Part shown: positions 1 to 9,114 of the stretch, piece by piece
Numbering within the stretch: the stretch's first letter is position 1
How the letters are laid out: each line of letters starts with the position of its first letter
Source: an uncultured Candidatus Saccharibacteria bacterium
Lineage (GTDB): Bacteria > Patescibacteriota > Minisyncoccia > Phycocordibacterales > PALSA-1337
Assembly: GCA_964441635.1 (NCBI GenBank)
Contig: CAYTUZ010000001.1
Location: forward strand, 1-34,327
Reading direction: 5' to 3'
DNA: 34,327 nt
The notes under the pieces: model-generated
The model's input: the letters and a program-made list of their open reading frames with translations, nothing else
Database searches by the model: none
Told to the model about the DNA's origin: nothing
Translations under genes and position numbers: made by a program

Positions 1-2
1 AC

Positions 3-257
3 AATTTTACGGCTCTTGAATTGGAATACTGCTTTTCTTACAAAGATCCGCGATCGCATCTCGCTGGAATTTTTGCCGCCAAAGAAGCGGTATTCAAGTC
101 CTTGAATAAGACTAATATTCTGTTTTCTTCCATAGAGATTTTAAAGTCAAAAAAAAGCGGTCTCGAGGTTCGGGTCAATGCTAAATTACAAAAAAATATC
201 TTGGTTTCAATAAGCCATACCGAGAAAACGGCCTTCGCTATAGCTATATGCCAATAA
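3..257 (+). CDS. acpS: holo-[acyl-carrier-protein] synthase (4'-phosphopantetheinyl transferase), C-terminal part; 5' end lies outside the window
   Basis: The frame is open from the window edge. The sequence FTALELEYCFSYKDPRSHLAGIFAAKEAVFKSL resembles the AcpS-family core. Its stop overlaps the next start (ATGCCAATAA). Confidence 0.7.
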   Translation, partial: NFTALELEYCFSYKDPRSHLAGIFAAKEAVFKSLNKTNILFSSIEILKSKKSGLEVRVNAKLQKNILVSISHTEKTAFAIAICQ

Positions 258-1309
258 AATACAAAAAATGCGTAGTTCTAGATCTAGACAATACCTTGTG
301 GGGTGGCGTTGTCGGCGAAGAAGGTCTCGAGGGCATCAAACTCGCTCTCACCGAACCCGGTTCATATTTTATTGCTTTTCAACAAGCGCTTTTGGATCTG
401 AGCAATAAAGGAGTAGTTTTGGCGATTAATAGCAAAAATAATCCGAATGATGCTCTGGAAGTTATTCGAAAGCACAAGAATATGATTCTCAAGGAACATC
501 ATTTTTCGGCGATGCGGATCAATTGGCAAGACAAGCCGGTGAATATGCTGGAACTCGCCAAAGAAATCAATATCGGACTCGATACAATGGTTTTCTTGGA
601 CGATGATCCTATGCAAAGAGCGGCCATGAAGTCGTCCTTGCCGGAAGTCGAAGTTCCGACAATGCCGGCTGATCCCGCAGACTACGCCAAATTCCTGCTC
701 TCCTTGCCTTATTTTCCGAAAGACGCGACCACTGATGAAGACAAAATGCGCACAAATATGTATGTGACCGAGAGATTGCGCTCCGAAGCGCAAAAACAAT
801 TTTCCAATATGGAGGATTTTTTTCGCACTCTGCGTTTGGAAATGCGGATCAAGGTGAATGATCGGGCAAGTTTGGCTCGTCTGGCGCAACTTTCCGAAAA
901 AACCAACCAATTCAATGTCTACAAACGGCCCATGGATATTGGCGAACTCGAAAGGCTTATGAATAATCCCGAATATATGGTAGTGTGCGGGAGTGTCATG
1001 GATCGATTTGGCGACTATGGCATAACAAATATGGCAGTTGTCCATGCCCAAAAAACAATTTGGGAAATCGAAAGTTATCTAATGAGTTGTCGAGTGATGG
1101 GTCGCGGCATCGAAACGGCATTTCTCAAATTTATCGACAAACTGGCGGAAAAGAACGATATGCAATCGCTCATGATCCGCTTTGAGAAAACTGAAAAGAA
1201 CAAACCCGCGGAAGATTTTATTAATAAACATTTTCGAGAATTTAATATCAAGCCGGGCGCCATAGTAGCGCCTGACTGGATAACCATAAAACATGAGAAC
1301 ATTCAATGA
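248..1309 (+). CDS. FkbH-like HAD-IIIC phosphatase/acyl-loading protein
   Basis: N-terminal HAD motif VVLDLDNTLWGG. C-terminal LMSCRVMGRGIE cysteine motif, as I recall for FkbH-family glyceryl-ACP loaders. Overlaps both neighbouring genes. Confidence 0.8.
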   Translation: MPIKYKKCVVLDLDNTLWGGVVGEEGLEGIKLALTEPGSYFIAFQQALLDLSNKGVVLAINSKNNPNDALEVIRKHKNMILKEHHFSAMRINWQDKPVNMLELAKEINIGLDTMVFLDDDPMQRAAMKSSLPEVEVPTMPADPADYAKFLLSLPYFPKDATTDEDKMRTNMYVTERLRSEAQKQFSNMEDFFRTLRLEMRIKVNDRASLARLAQLSEKTNQFNVYKRPMDIGELERLMNNPEYMVVCGSVMDRFGDYGITNMAVVHAQKTIWEIESYLMSCRVMGRGIETAFLKFIDKLAEKNDMQSLMIRFEKTEKNKPAEDFINKHFREFNIKPGAIVAPDWITIKHENIQ

Positions 1310-1523
1310 CATTGCGGCCAAAATATTTAGCATCAAGTCAGAGCAGATCCGAGACACTTTCACAGCCAAAGACATACCCGGCTGGGACTCCATGAATTAT
1401 TTGCTTTTTATCGCGGAATTGGAAAAAGAATATAATGTTAGTTTTACTATGGATGAAGTCCTAAATGCTGTTTCACTGGGCTCGATAAGAGCGATGCTCG
1501 TCGCCAAGGGTGCAAAAATATGA
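1293..1523 (+). CDS. acyl carrier protein (stand-alone)
   Basis: 76 aa. GWDSMNYLLFIAELE is a helix-II motif with the Ser phosphopantetheine attachment site. The start lies inside the fkbH-like 3' end. Confidence 0.85.
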   Translation: MRTFNDIAAKIFSIKSEQIRDTFTAKDIPGWDSMNYLLFIAELEKEYNVSFTMDEVLNAVSLGSIRAMLVAKGAKI

Positions 1524-1939
1524 AGAGCCTAGACAAAGAATTTGGAGATATCAAAGTTAGCGATTGTGCATCTTTCGAGCGTACGATTTCTACAGAAGAC
1601 ATGAATGCTTTTGCGCAATTGAGCGGTGATTATAACCCTCTGCACCTTGAAGAGGATTATGCGGCAAAAACCGAACTGAAAGGAACTGTGGTTTACGGAA
1701 TGCTTTTGGCGGCTTTGGTATCTAGGTTGGTCGGTATGGATTTGCCGGGCAAAAGAGCTTTACTGCTTACGGAAAGTTTGGAATTCAAAAAACCGGCACG
1801 AGTAGGAGACTTGATCATTGTAGAAGGAATCGTTCGCCATAAAAGCTTATCAACACGGATTTTGGAGCTAGACATCAGCATAAAAAGATCAGCAGAATTA
1901 TTAGCTATCGGAAGCGTGTCAGTCAAAGTATTGCCATGA
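1520..1939 (+). CDS. MaoC-like (R)-hydratase/dehydratase, hot-dog fold
   Basis: 139 aa. SGDYNPLHLEEDYA is the MaoC-family signature. ATGA overlaps on both sides. Confidence 0.8.
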   Translation: MKSLDKEFGDIKVSDCASFERTISTEDMNAFAQLSGDYNPLHLEEDYAAKTELKGTVVYGMLLAALVSRLVGMDLPGKRALLLTESLEFKKPARVGDLIIVEGIVRHKSLSTRILELDISIKRSAELLAIGSVSVKVLP

Positions 1940-2610
1940 AAAATAAAATTGTTGTAATTTCCGGCGGATCTGGTTATCTTGGTCGTCATATAGTTTCTAA
2001 ACTTCTCAATCGAGGTTTTATCGTTTTTTCTATTAATAGAAAAATGCCTCCAGAAGAGCGGGTTCCAAAAGATAAAAATTTACATTTTTTTTCAGCAGAC
2101 GTCTCCGATGGAAAGGCGCTAAAGAAAATATCCGAAGTGGCGAAAAAGATTGGTAAAATTCGAGCGGTTATTCACGCAGCATCGGCGCCTCTAGTGCGTC
2201 GGCCGATACTCGAAAATACTATGGAGGAATTTCGCAGCCAATTTTTCACAAATGTCTTTGGTTGCTATGAATTGGCCAAATGCTTTTGTCCGCTTATGGA
2301 AGCTGGTAGTGTTGTAATAGCGATAACTTCGGATGTGACGAAAAGTGGAAGGCCGTATTTTGTCGGTGGTTCTTATGTCCCAGCCAAGGTCGCCTTGGAT
2401 TCCTTGATGAAAATTATCTCGCATGAATTGGAGACAAAGCATATCAGAACCTGTATTGTCTCGCCGGCTTTCATGCCGGGCGGTTTGAATAGCGATATGC
2501 CGGAAGCAGTTAGAGAATTTATTATGAGCAAAAGTAAGCCAGAAGAGATATCAGATCCAGAAAAAGTTGCCACCGAAGTCGTGGAGCTTGTTTGCATGAC
2601 CAACCGATAA
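1936..2610 (+). CDS. short-chain dehydrogenase/reductase (putative ketoreductase)
   Basis: VVISGGSGYLGRHI Rossmann glycine motif. SYVPAK is a YxxxK catalytic motif. Confidence 0.8.
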   Translation: MKNKIVVISGGSGYLGRHIVSKLLNRGFIVFSINRKMPPEERVPKDKNLHFFSADVSDGKALKKISEVAKKIGKIRAVIHAASAPLVRRPILENTMEEFRSQFFTNVFGCYELAKCFCPLMEAGSVVIAITSDVTKSGRPYFVGGSYVPAKVALDSLMKIISHELETKHIRTCIVSPAFMPGGLNSDMPEAVREFIMSKSKPEEISDPEKVATEVVELVCMTNR

Positions 2611-2611
2611 T

Positions 2612-4060
2612 ATGCTTTTCAATTCTGTTTCATTCTTACTTTTCTTTCCGATTGTCGTCATTATCTATTACGCGCTGCCGCACAAGATGCGACCGCTTTT
2701 TTTGCTGATTGCCAGCTCCTATTTTTACATGTGCTACGTGCCAAAATACATTTTGATTTTGTTTTTTTTGATCACGCTGGATTATATTCTCGGCCGAGCA
2801 ATTCAAGGAAGTACGGGAAGGAGCAGAAAATGGTTATTGATTGTCAGTATTCTTTCCAACCTAGGTACACTTTTTGTTTTCAAATACTTGAACTTTTTCA
2901 ATGAAAATATTGCCGCATTAGCACATTTGCTAAATTGGCAATATTCCTTTGCGCTTCTTCGGGTGGCATTGCCCTTGGGCCTTTCATTCCATGTCTTTCA
3001 GAGCCTAAGTTATGTGATCGAAGTCTATAAAGGGCGGTACAAAGCCGAAATGAATTATATTCATTACGCGCTCTATGTGATGTTTTTCCCACAGCTGGTA
3101 GCCGGTCCCATAGAACGACCGCAAAACCTTTTGCCGCAAATCAACACCTTGCGAGATTTCGATTTCTCGAGAATGAAAAGAGGCCTAGAAAGAATGCTTT
3201 GGGGCTTTTTCAAAAAACTAGTGATTGCGGATCAGATTTCGGTAATCGTAGACAGATTATTTTCGCATTTGCCCAGCGATTCATTCTCGCTTGTGTTCCT
3301 TTCGGTATTATTTACTTACCAATTGTATTGTGATTTTTCTGGCTATTCGGATATAGCGATCGGCTCAGCCAATGTTCTCGGCTTCGATCTGGTGGAAAAT
3401 TTCAACCGGCCCTTTGCCGCAATAAGTGTCGCGGATTTTTGGCGTCGCTGGCATATTTCGCTATCGAGTTGGTTGCGCGATTACCTTTACTATCCGCTGG
3501 CTTTCTCTTGGGGCAAGGTTTCCAAATATCGGCTTTACGTGAGCCTTTTCATAACCTTCACACTTATCGGCCTTTGGCATGGCGCTCGCATGACATTTGT
3601 AGTCATGGGTGCTTTGCACGGAATGTATTTGGTGGTTGGCTCGATGACAGAACGATTCCGTGACAAATTTGCGGTATTCATACGCCTCAGTGTCTTTCCA
3701 AGAATGAGAAGCGTGCTAAAAATCTTGACGGTGTTTTCTCTGGTGACCATCAGCTTTATTTTCTTCCGAGCAGAAAGTGTCAGTCAAGCTTTATGGATCA
3801 TTGGGCATATATTTACCGGCGGATATATGGGACTCAAATCTCTGCAAGGATTGGGATTGGTGAATGACGGTCGCTTGATGATATTTCCGGCCATCATATT
3901 CATGGAAGTTGTCCAATATGTCATGGTCAAAAAAGGCACATTTTATATTTTTGAAGATAAGCCCAAAATATTCCGCTATGCTTGGCGTTATGCTCTTATA
4001 TTCATCCTGCTTTGGTTCGGATCGGGGGCGGAGCAAGCTTTCATTTATTTTCAATTTTGA
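2612..4060 (+). CDS. MBOAT family membrane-bound O-acyltransferase (DltB/AlgI/PatA-like)
   Basis: Polytopic hydrophobic protein. Carries the FWRRWHISLSSWLRDYLYYPL signature with the invariant His. Starts 1 nt after the SDR stop. Confidence 0.9.
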   Translation: MLFNSVSFLLFFPIVVIIYYALPHKMRPLFLLIASSYFYMCYVPKYILILFFLITLDYILGRAIQGSTGRSRKWLLIVSILSNLGTLFVFKYLNFFNENIAALAHLLNWQYSFALLRVALPLGLSFHVFQSLSYVIEVYKGRYKAEMNYIHYALYVMFFPQLVAGPIERPQNLLPQINTLRDFDFSRMKRGLERMLWGFFKKLVIADQISVIVDRLFSHLPSDSFSLVFLSVLFTYQLYCDFSGYSDIAIGSANVLGFDLVENFNRPFAAISVADFWRRWHISLSSWLRDYLYYPLAFSWGKVSKYRLYVSLFITFTLIGLWHGARMTFVVMGALHGMYLVVGSMTERFRDKFAVFIRLSVFPRMRSVLKILTVFSLVTISFIFFRAESVSQALWIIGHIFTGGYMGLKSLQGLGLVNDGRLMIFPAIIFMEVVQYVMVKKGTFYIFEDKPKIFRYAWRYALIFILLWFGSGAEQAFIYFQF

Positions 4061-4077
4061 TTCTATACCAAAATTTC

Positions 4078-5208
4078 ATGGCAAAATCTCTTCTAAAAAT
4101 ATTCTTTTTTTCTCTGCCGGTAATTCTAGTGCTCTTGTTGCCGGCAGTGATAATCTTTTTCTGTCGAGAATATTATTCCGTGGATGACATACTTTATGCG
4201 CAAAGAAAAGATCCTAGTGTATTGTACAATACTTGTTGTTCAAATCTGCGGGCGCCTTATAAAAAGGCGCTGGTTTTGGAAAAAAATCCAGAAATCATCA
4301 CTTTGGGCACGTCGCGTGTCCTTGAATTTCGCCAAGAATTCTTCCGCGATCCCGCGATTTTCGCGAATGCTGGCCAAGCGATTGTGAATATAAATGATCT
4401 TCCGGAATTCATGGCCAAACTGCCAGAAAAGCGCAAACTAAAAGTGATATTGCTCGGCCTCGATCACCAAATGTTCACGCCGGGATATGCTACGCAAGAT
4501 ACGACTAGTTTTATGCCCGAAAGTGTCGTGGAAAGATTCGGTACTGTTCTTGGTGGCAATTGGAAGCGAATCTATACGTACATGTTTCAAGGCAAAGTAC
4601 CGGCGGATATTATTGTGCGCTCATTTCGAAGTGACAATGTTGGCATGGCCGCTCTCACAAATGGATCTGGTTTTCGCGCTGACGGGAGCTATAACTACGG
4701 TGATTCGCTCGAAGAGCGTGATCAGCACTTCTCATCTTCGACAGATCTCTCGAATATGCTTGCTTCGCTTTCGAGTGATCGCGAAGCTTTTTTGTATGGC
4801 ACTCGGATTTCCGGTGAAGCAGTCAACAATCTGAAGCAGTTTTTGGATATGGCAAAGAAAAGGAATATTGTCGTCATCGGCTTTCTGCCGCCATATCCGC
4901 AAGGCATTTACAGGAAAATGTTAAGCGTGCCTGATGCTTATGCGAAGATGGTTACGCAATTGCCAGCGACACTCACAAATATTTTCGCGGCATACGGTGA
5001 CCAATTTTATGATTATTCTGACGATAGTGTCATAGGCGCAGGTCAAAATGAATACGTCGATCCTTTCCATGGCACCGACAAATTGTCTTTGCGGGTGCTT
5101 ATTGATATTGCCAAAAAGCAAAAGAAGCAAATTGGGCAATATGTCGATATTATTGGTCTCGAAAAACTTCTAGTGGCGAATTCAAAAAATCATTTAACAG
5201 ATTTATGA
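4078..5208 (+). CDS. DltD-like / SGNH-fold membrane-anchored acyl-transfer accessory protein
   Basis: Start chosen at the ATG 17 nt after the MBOAT stop. N-terminal TM helix LLKIFFFSLPVILVLLLPAVIIFF. ITLGTSRV is a Ser block and VDPFHG is DxxH-like. Its position after an MBOAT matches dltB-dltD. Confidence 0.6.
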   Translation: MAKSLLKIFFFSLPVILVLLLPAVIIFFCREYYSVDDILYAQRKDPSVLYNTCCSNLRAPYKKALVLEKNPEIITLGTSRVLEFRQEFFRDPAIFANAGQAIVNINDLPEFMAKLPEKRKLKVILLGLDHQMFTPGYATQDTTSFMPESVVERFGTVLGGNWKRIYTYMFQGKVPADIIVRSFRSDNVGMAALTNGSGFRADGSYNYGDSLEERDQHFSSSTDLSNMLASLSSDREAFLYGTRISGEAVNNLKQFLDMAKKRNIVVIGFLPPYPQGIYRKMLSVPDAYAKMVTQLPATLTNIFAAYGDQFYDYSDDSVIGAGQNEYVDPFHGTDKLSLRVLIDIAKKQKKQIGQYVDIIGLEKLLVANSKNHLTDL

Positions 5209-6266
5209 TGCATGCCCGCCTTCGCGATTTTGGCAAAGTTTCTAACCGCCTTGGCGATTTCATCTTTGATGAATTTTACATTGCTATATTCCGAAGGATA
5301 GCCGACCAATTCCATAAAGCCGACACCGTTTATCTTTTTGCCGCCGAAAGTGCCTTCTGCCCGGATCGGCCCCTCAAAATAGTTGATTGAACCGAAAAGC
5401 ATTTCTTGATCTTCATTTTGGGCTACGATATTCACGTCGATATTCTTGTCTGGAATTTTGATTTGCCAGACCAGAGGGTAAACCGCTTTGCTTTTTGGGC
5501 TTTGCCAGTTTTTGTCCAGAGGAGTGATCTCTACTGCTTCAGTATATTCTTGGCGATTATCAGAATAAGAAATGCTGGCAAAACAAGTTGCAGTTTTACC
5601 GTCGTCATACGCGCAACAAACTATTTCTGTGTCGTTTTCGAATTGCAAGCAAAACCAATCCCACCTATCTCGCGAATATTCCGCATCCGCCCATTGGTGG
5701 TCCATCCATGACTTTCCGGTAATATTGACCCATTCACCGCTTATTTTTATACGGCCTTCGGTTTTGAGATTGGTTAGAGAATAGTAATAAGTCGTTTTGG
5801 GATGGAGATCGAGATAAGCGTTGCCGCCTACAAGCAGAGGTTTCTTGGTGGAGGTCAAATGCAATTCGATATCCTCATTTTTGATCTCATATTCCGACTC
5901 ATTTATTTTGCTGATGACGCAGTTGTTGTAACCGTTTTTAATTTCCGGATTAATATAATTGATATATAGAAGAGGCTTGGAAAAACTATCATCGGAAACG
6001 ATCGAAAAAGGCGCAATCCGGCTCTGCCATTGTTTTTTCTCTAGGTTTGAAACCAGCGAATGAGAAAAATAAGAGGTTTTGAGAGGTATTTTGCTTAGGA
6101 AAGGTATTTTTACTTTTTTTACGTCGACCTTGAATAGGCAGTCCATGAAAGAATATTCCTTGCCGTTTGCATCATGGAGGTGGCCGTTAAAATACCACCA
6201 TTCAACTATGGCATCATGCGTCGATTCATCTTCCGGAAATTTGATGGGCTTAAATTCTGGAGGCAT
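5190..6266 (-). CDS. AttH/CrtC-like lipocalin-fold protein (hydroxyneurosporene-synthase family)
   Basis: N-terminal EDESTHDAIVEWWYFNGHL signature. The 3' end overlaps the convergent DltD-like gene by 19 nt. Confidence 0.65.
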   Translation of the reverse strand: MPPEFKPIKFPEDESTHDAIVEWWYFNGHLHDANGKEYSFMDCLFKVDVKKVKIPFLSKIPLKTSYFSHSLVSNLEKKQWQSRIAPFSIVSDDSFSKPLLYINYINPEIKNGYNNCVISKINESEYEIKNEDIELHLTSTKKPLLVGGNAYLDLHPKTTYYYSLTNLKTEGRIKISGEWVNITGKSWMDHQWADAEYSRDRWDWFCLQFENDTEIVCCAYDDGKTATCFASISYSDNRQEYTEAVEITPLDKNWQSPKSKAVYPLVWQIKIPDKNIDVNIVAQNEDQEMLFGSINYFEGPIRAEGTFGGKKINGVGFMELVGYPSEYSNVKFIKDEIAKAVRNFAKIAKAGMHHKSVK

Positions 6267-6277
6267 ATAATGATATT

Positions 6278-7279
6278 TTAATTCACGCTAGATTCTTGAT
6301 GTCTCAATTTGTAATTTTCATGATAGCTGACGATGACGGGAATGCTGGCTGCGACTGGTAGGGCTAGGAATGCTCCGAGGATGCCAAATAAACTGGCACC
6401 TAGGATAACTGCGAGAAAGCCTAGTGCCGGGTAGAGATTGAGAGCTTTGTTGTAGATCGCGGGACTGATGAAGGCGTTCTCTATTTGTTGGTAGATAAGA
6501 TGCAAAATAAGCACCGAAAAGCCTTGTATAGGTGAAAGGCTAAAGGCTACCAGTAGAGCGGGAATGGCACCCAAGGTCGAACCGACCAATGGTAGAAGGT
6601 CGAAAATGCCAGCAAAAAGAGCTAGAGGCAAAGCAAAAGGAATACCAAAGGCCCAAAGTCCGATAAAGATCACCAGAAAAGTGATGAAAGAAATGATCAC
6701 ATTGCCGCGGATGTATTGACCAGTGACTCGCGATATTTCTTCTAGGAAACCTCTTAATTTGGCTTTTTCTTTGTATGGAAAAATGGAGAGAAAGAGTTTG
6801 AGCAGGCGTTCGTAATCGTAGACAAAATAAAATGTCAGTATGATCGTGGAAATGACAGAGAAAACTGTTAGTATAATATTGCCCGAAGAAGCCAGAATGT
6901 CGCTCGAATGGGATTGCACATACTCTACAATACTAAAATTATTGAAAAGATGTCCGAAGTAAGGCATATTATTTACGGTCGTATCAATACTTGCCAATAA
7001 TTGTGGAAGTTGGGTGTTGATATTGGGTACGATAGTAAAACCAATTATGAGAAAAGGGATGAGAAGTATGATAAAAATTATGAAGGTGCAAAGCAAGACA
7101 GGCAGTTTTGTTCTTGCGTGCAGGGAATGAACGAGTGGGTGCAGTGAGGCAGTGAGAACCATGGCAATGACGATATCGACGACAGCGCCGAGTGATTTCC
7201 AGACAAGGAGTAAAATGACGCCTGTGAGGACGATTCTAGTCAATGCAGCCCAGCTAAATGGGTGTTCGTGTGGTTCCAT
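6278..7279 (-). CDS. AI-2E family transporter (PerM/UPF0118)
   Basis: 333 aa, about 8 hydrophobic segments, with typical family layout and C-terminal GAFLALPVAA region. TATACT lies 6 nt upstream of the ATG. Confidence 0.75.
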   Translation of the reverse strand: MEPHEHPFSWAALTRIVLTGVILLLVWKSLGAVVDIVIAMVLTASLHPLVHSLHARTKLPVLLCTFIIFIILLIPFLIIGFTIVPNINTQLPQLLASIDTTVNNMPYFGHLFNNFSIVEYVQSHSSDILASSGNIILTVFSVISTIILTFYFVYDYERLLKLFLSIFPYKEKAKLRGFLEEISRVTGQYIRGNVIISFITFLVIFIGLWAFGIPFALPLALFAGIFDLLPLVGSTLGAIPALLVAFSLSPIQGFSVLILHLIYQQIENAFISPAIYNKALNLYPALGFLAVILGASLFGILGAFLALPVAASIPVIVSYHENYKLRHQESSVN

Positions 7280-7306
7280 AATCTAAGTATACACCTTATA
7301 AGCAAT

Positions 7307-7355
7307 GAAAAAACCCGCCAATCGAGACAGGTTTTTCCTGTTAATGACGGGTCGG
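7307..7355 (-). terminator. imperfect hairpin followed by a T-run on the minus strand, downstream of the hypothetical 7367-7672 gene
   Basis: The minus strand reads ...ACAGGAAAAACCTGT...GGCGGGTTTTTTC. Confidence 0.45.
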
Positions 7356-7366
7356 CGAATTCCTGA

Positions 7367-7672
7367 TCAAATTTCAATTTCGTACTTTGGAGCGTCCGGA
7401 ATCTCAACTTCTTTCTGAAATTCAGCTCGACGTTTTGCAAACTCTTTAGGTCCGCCATTATTCACGTAATGATCCATCAGCCATTGGGGATTGTAGAACA
7501 ATCCCCAATCGTCACAGCCGTGCTCCACCCTAGTCCCATGGCGGTTGATCGGACAAGTCATAGCTTCGACCATCTGTCTATGCAAATAACTTGTTTGCAT
7601 GAAAATAATTATTCTCATACGAGCCTCTTTCAAAAATTGTTTATGTTCTACACTATGTGCCTCATAAATCAT
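7367..7672 (-). CDS. hypothetical protein, Trp/His/Cys-rich, no recognised domain
   Basis: Clean ORF. The first ATG is at 7672, and a TTG at 7696 would add 8 aa. It lies between two terminator-like hairpins. Confidence 0.5.
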   Translation of the reverse strand: MIYEAHSVEHKQFLKEARMRIIIFMQTSYLHRQMVEAMTCPINRHGTRVEHGCDDWGLFYNPQWLMDHYVNNGGPKEFAKRRAEFQKEVEIPDAPKYEIEI

Positions 7673-7787
7673 ACTCTTTTCATAAGTTATTATCAATCAC
7701 TTTGCTCCGTGTAGTGGACAAGTTCAGAACTGCGAATTGGAAGGAAATTGAAAGGGAAATGGGGTATTTGGCACTAACTTTCCCAGA

Positions 7788-7828
7788 AATAAAAAAAGCC
7801 ACTTCAGAACTTTTGAGCTGAAGTGGCT
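7788..7828 (-). terminator. rho-independent terminator after the 290-aa hypothetical gene
   Basis: The minus strand reads AGCCACTTCAG-N10-CTGAAGTGGCT followed by TTTTTTT. Confidence 0.75.
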
Positions 7829-7917
7829 TGAATCCGCGACTTGTTTCGTAGACTCAATGAAGTGGGTGATATTCCGCTAAAATATCACCCGGGTTATGCG
7901 TTTTGCAAGCGGCGCAG

Positions 7918-8790
7918 CTATTTGTTATTGGGAAGGTACTTCTCGAAGTCCCATGGAAAGATGCCCTCCTTACCCTTCTCGATCAGACCTTGCATGAGCT
8001 TGGCACGGTCGTCTCCTTCGATATCCGCGGCATTAATGAGTACGAACGACGCAGCGGAACCGTATCCGAAAAATAGGTCGAAGAAGAAGGCGTACAGCCG
8101 ATCCGAATGAAGTGTCAGTGAGATCTGTCCCTGCGCAAACTCTTTGAAGTTCGCTCTGGCCCTATATCTGTTCTCCCGCCACTTGCATTGCTCACGGCAC
8201 ATGTGGCTATCCTCGCAGGCCGCGATAAGTTCGCAGAATGCGAGATCCCATCGCTTGGGACTATTCTTCTCGAAGTAGTCTGTCAGCTTGTCGAAGATGA
8301 CGCCGTCGTACTCGACTGCTTCCAGTACCTTGTAGGGGTTTTGGAAGTTGCCATGATAGGCCGCCTTCATGATCGTACTTACGATGACAAAGTCGTATTG
8401 AACCTGTTTGACGATCTCGCGAATGTCCTCTTCAGCCCAAAAGGTTTTGTCACCCTTATAGCCGGGAGGATGTGGCGACAATGTATCATCGTGTAGTTCC
8501 TCACCTGATTCAATTTTGCAGTGGAGATCGATCCACCGAAACAAAAGTTCTTCGGGCTTAGGTTTCTCTACTTCTGGTTGACTTGCCACCTGTTCCTCTT
8601 GCGGAGGTTCAGGTGTTATCTGACGTCGGCGAACCGTACGTTTTTTCGATTTCATACTGATACTTTTAGGCGTATGGTCTGGAACGCCAGGGCTTCCTTT
8701 CAAAAAGCCACTGTCCATCTTATTTAAAGAACTGAAACTCTCAGGGTCACAACTTTTGTTATGAGCCCAGTTGAGTCCGCCTGACTTCAT
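7918..8790 (-). CDS. hypothetical protein (basic, Pro/Glu-rich N-terminal region plus an approximately 200-aa globular C-terminal region)
   Basis: 290-aa ORF with no internal stops. No motif I can assign. Lies 21 nt downstream of the preceding small gene. Confidence 0.6.
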   Translation of the reverse strand: MKSGGLNWAHNKSCDPESFSSLNKMDSGFLKGSPGVPDHTPKSISMKSKKRTVRRRQITPEPPQEEQVASQPEVEKPKPEELLFRWIDLHCKIESGEELHDDTLSPHPPGYKGDKTFWAEEDIREIVKQVQYDFVIVSTIMKAAYHGNFQNPYKVLEAVEYDGVIFDKLTDYFEKNSPKRWDLAFCELIAACEDSHMCREQCKWRENRYRARANFKEFAQGQISLTLHSDRLYAFFFDLFFGYGSAASFVLINAADIEGDDRAKLMQGLIEKGKEGIFPWDFEKYLPNNK

Positions 8791-8811
8791 CTGTCAGGCG
8801 GGGTTAAGGGT

Positions 8812-9114
8812 TTAATCGCCACCACGAAGGTGCCGCAGGATGCGAACACCTTTGCTATTCGGATGCACACCAAATCCTTTGGAGGGATTGGGCATGAGTT
8901 CCTTGTCGTTGTACCAATCGTGGTTCAGTTCATGGCAGGGAAGCCACTCTTCACCATTTTTGCGGTAAAATCCGCGAATATCTTTTTTCCACCGATCAAC
9001 ACCCCAGTACTCTGGAGGCAGATCGATAGTTTGGTTCATGTCGACGAGGTACTCATCCCAGCCACCATTCCAAAGAATGATGTGTTTGACGAGGCTGTTG
9101 GCGACCTCACTCAT
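8812..9114 (-). CDS. hypothetical protein, Trp-rich, 100 aa
   Basis: The ORF is preceded by AAAGGA 5 nt upstream of the ATG (plus-strand 9120-9125) and by a 5' UTR hairpin CTTCTGC-N5-GCAGAAG. Confidence 0.55.
   Translation of the reverse strand: MSEVANSLVKHIILWNGGWDEYLVDMNQTIDLPPEYWGVDRWKKDIRGFYRKNGEEWLPCHELNHDWYNDKELMPNPSKGFGVHPNSKGVRILRHLRGGD

Noticed and set aside
362-1051. A 229-aa minus-strand ORF antisense to the FkbH-like gene. Similar long antisense ORFs occur at 15400-16014, 16011-16367, 21409-21819, 28263-29030 and 31150-31881.
   Set aside because: Each lies entirely opposite a gene with clear family motifs. Their translations are low-complexity (Arg/Ser/His-rich) with no recognisable motifs. 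They are typical shadow ORFs.
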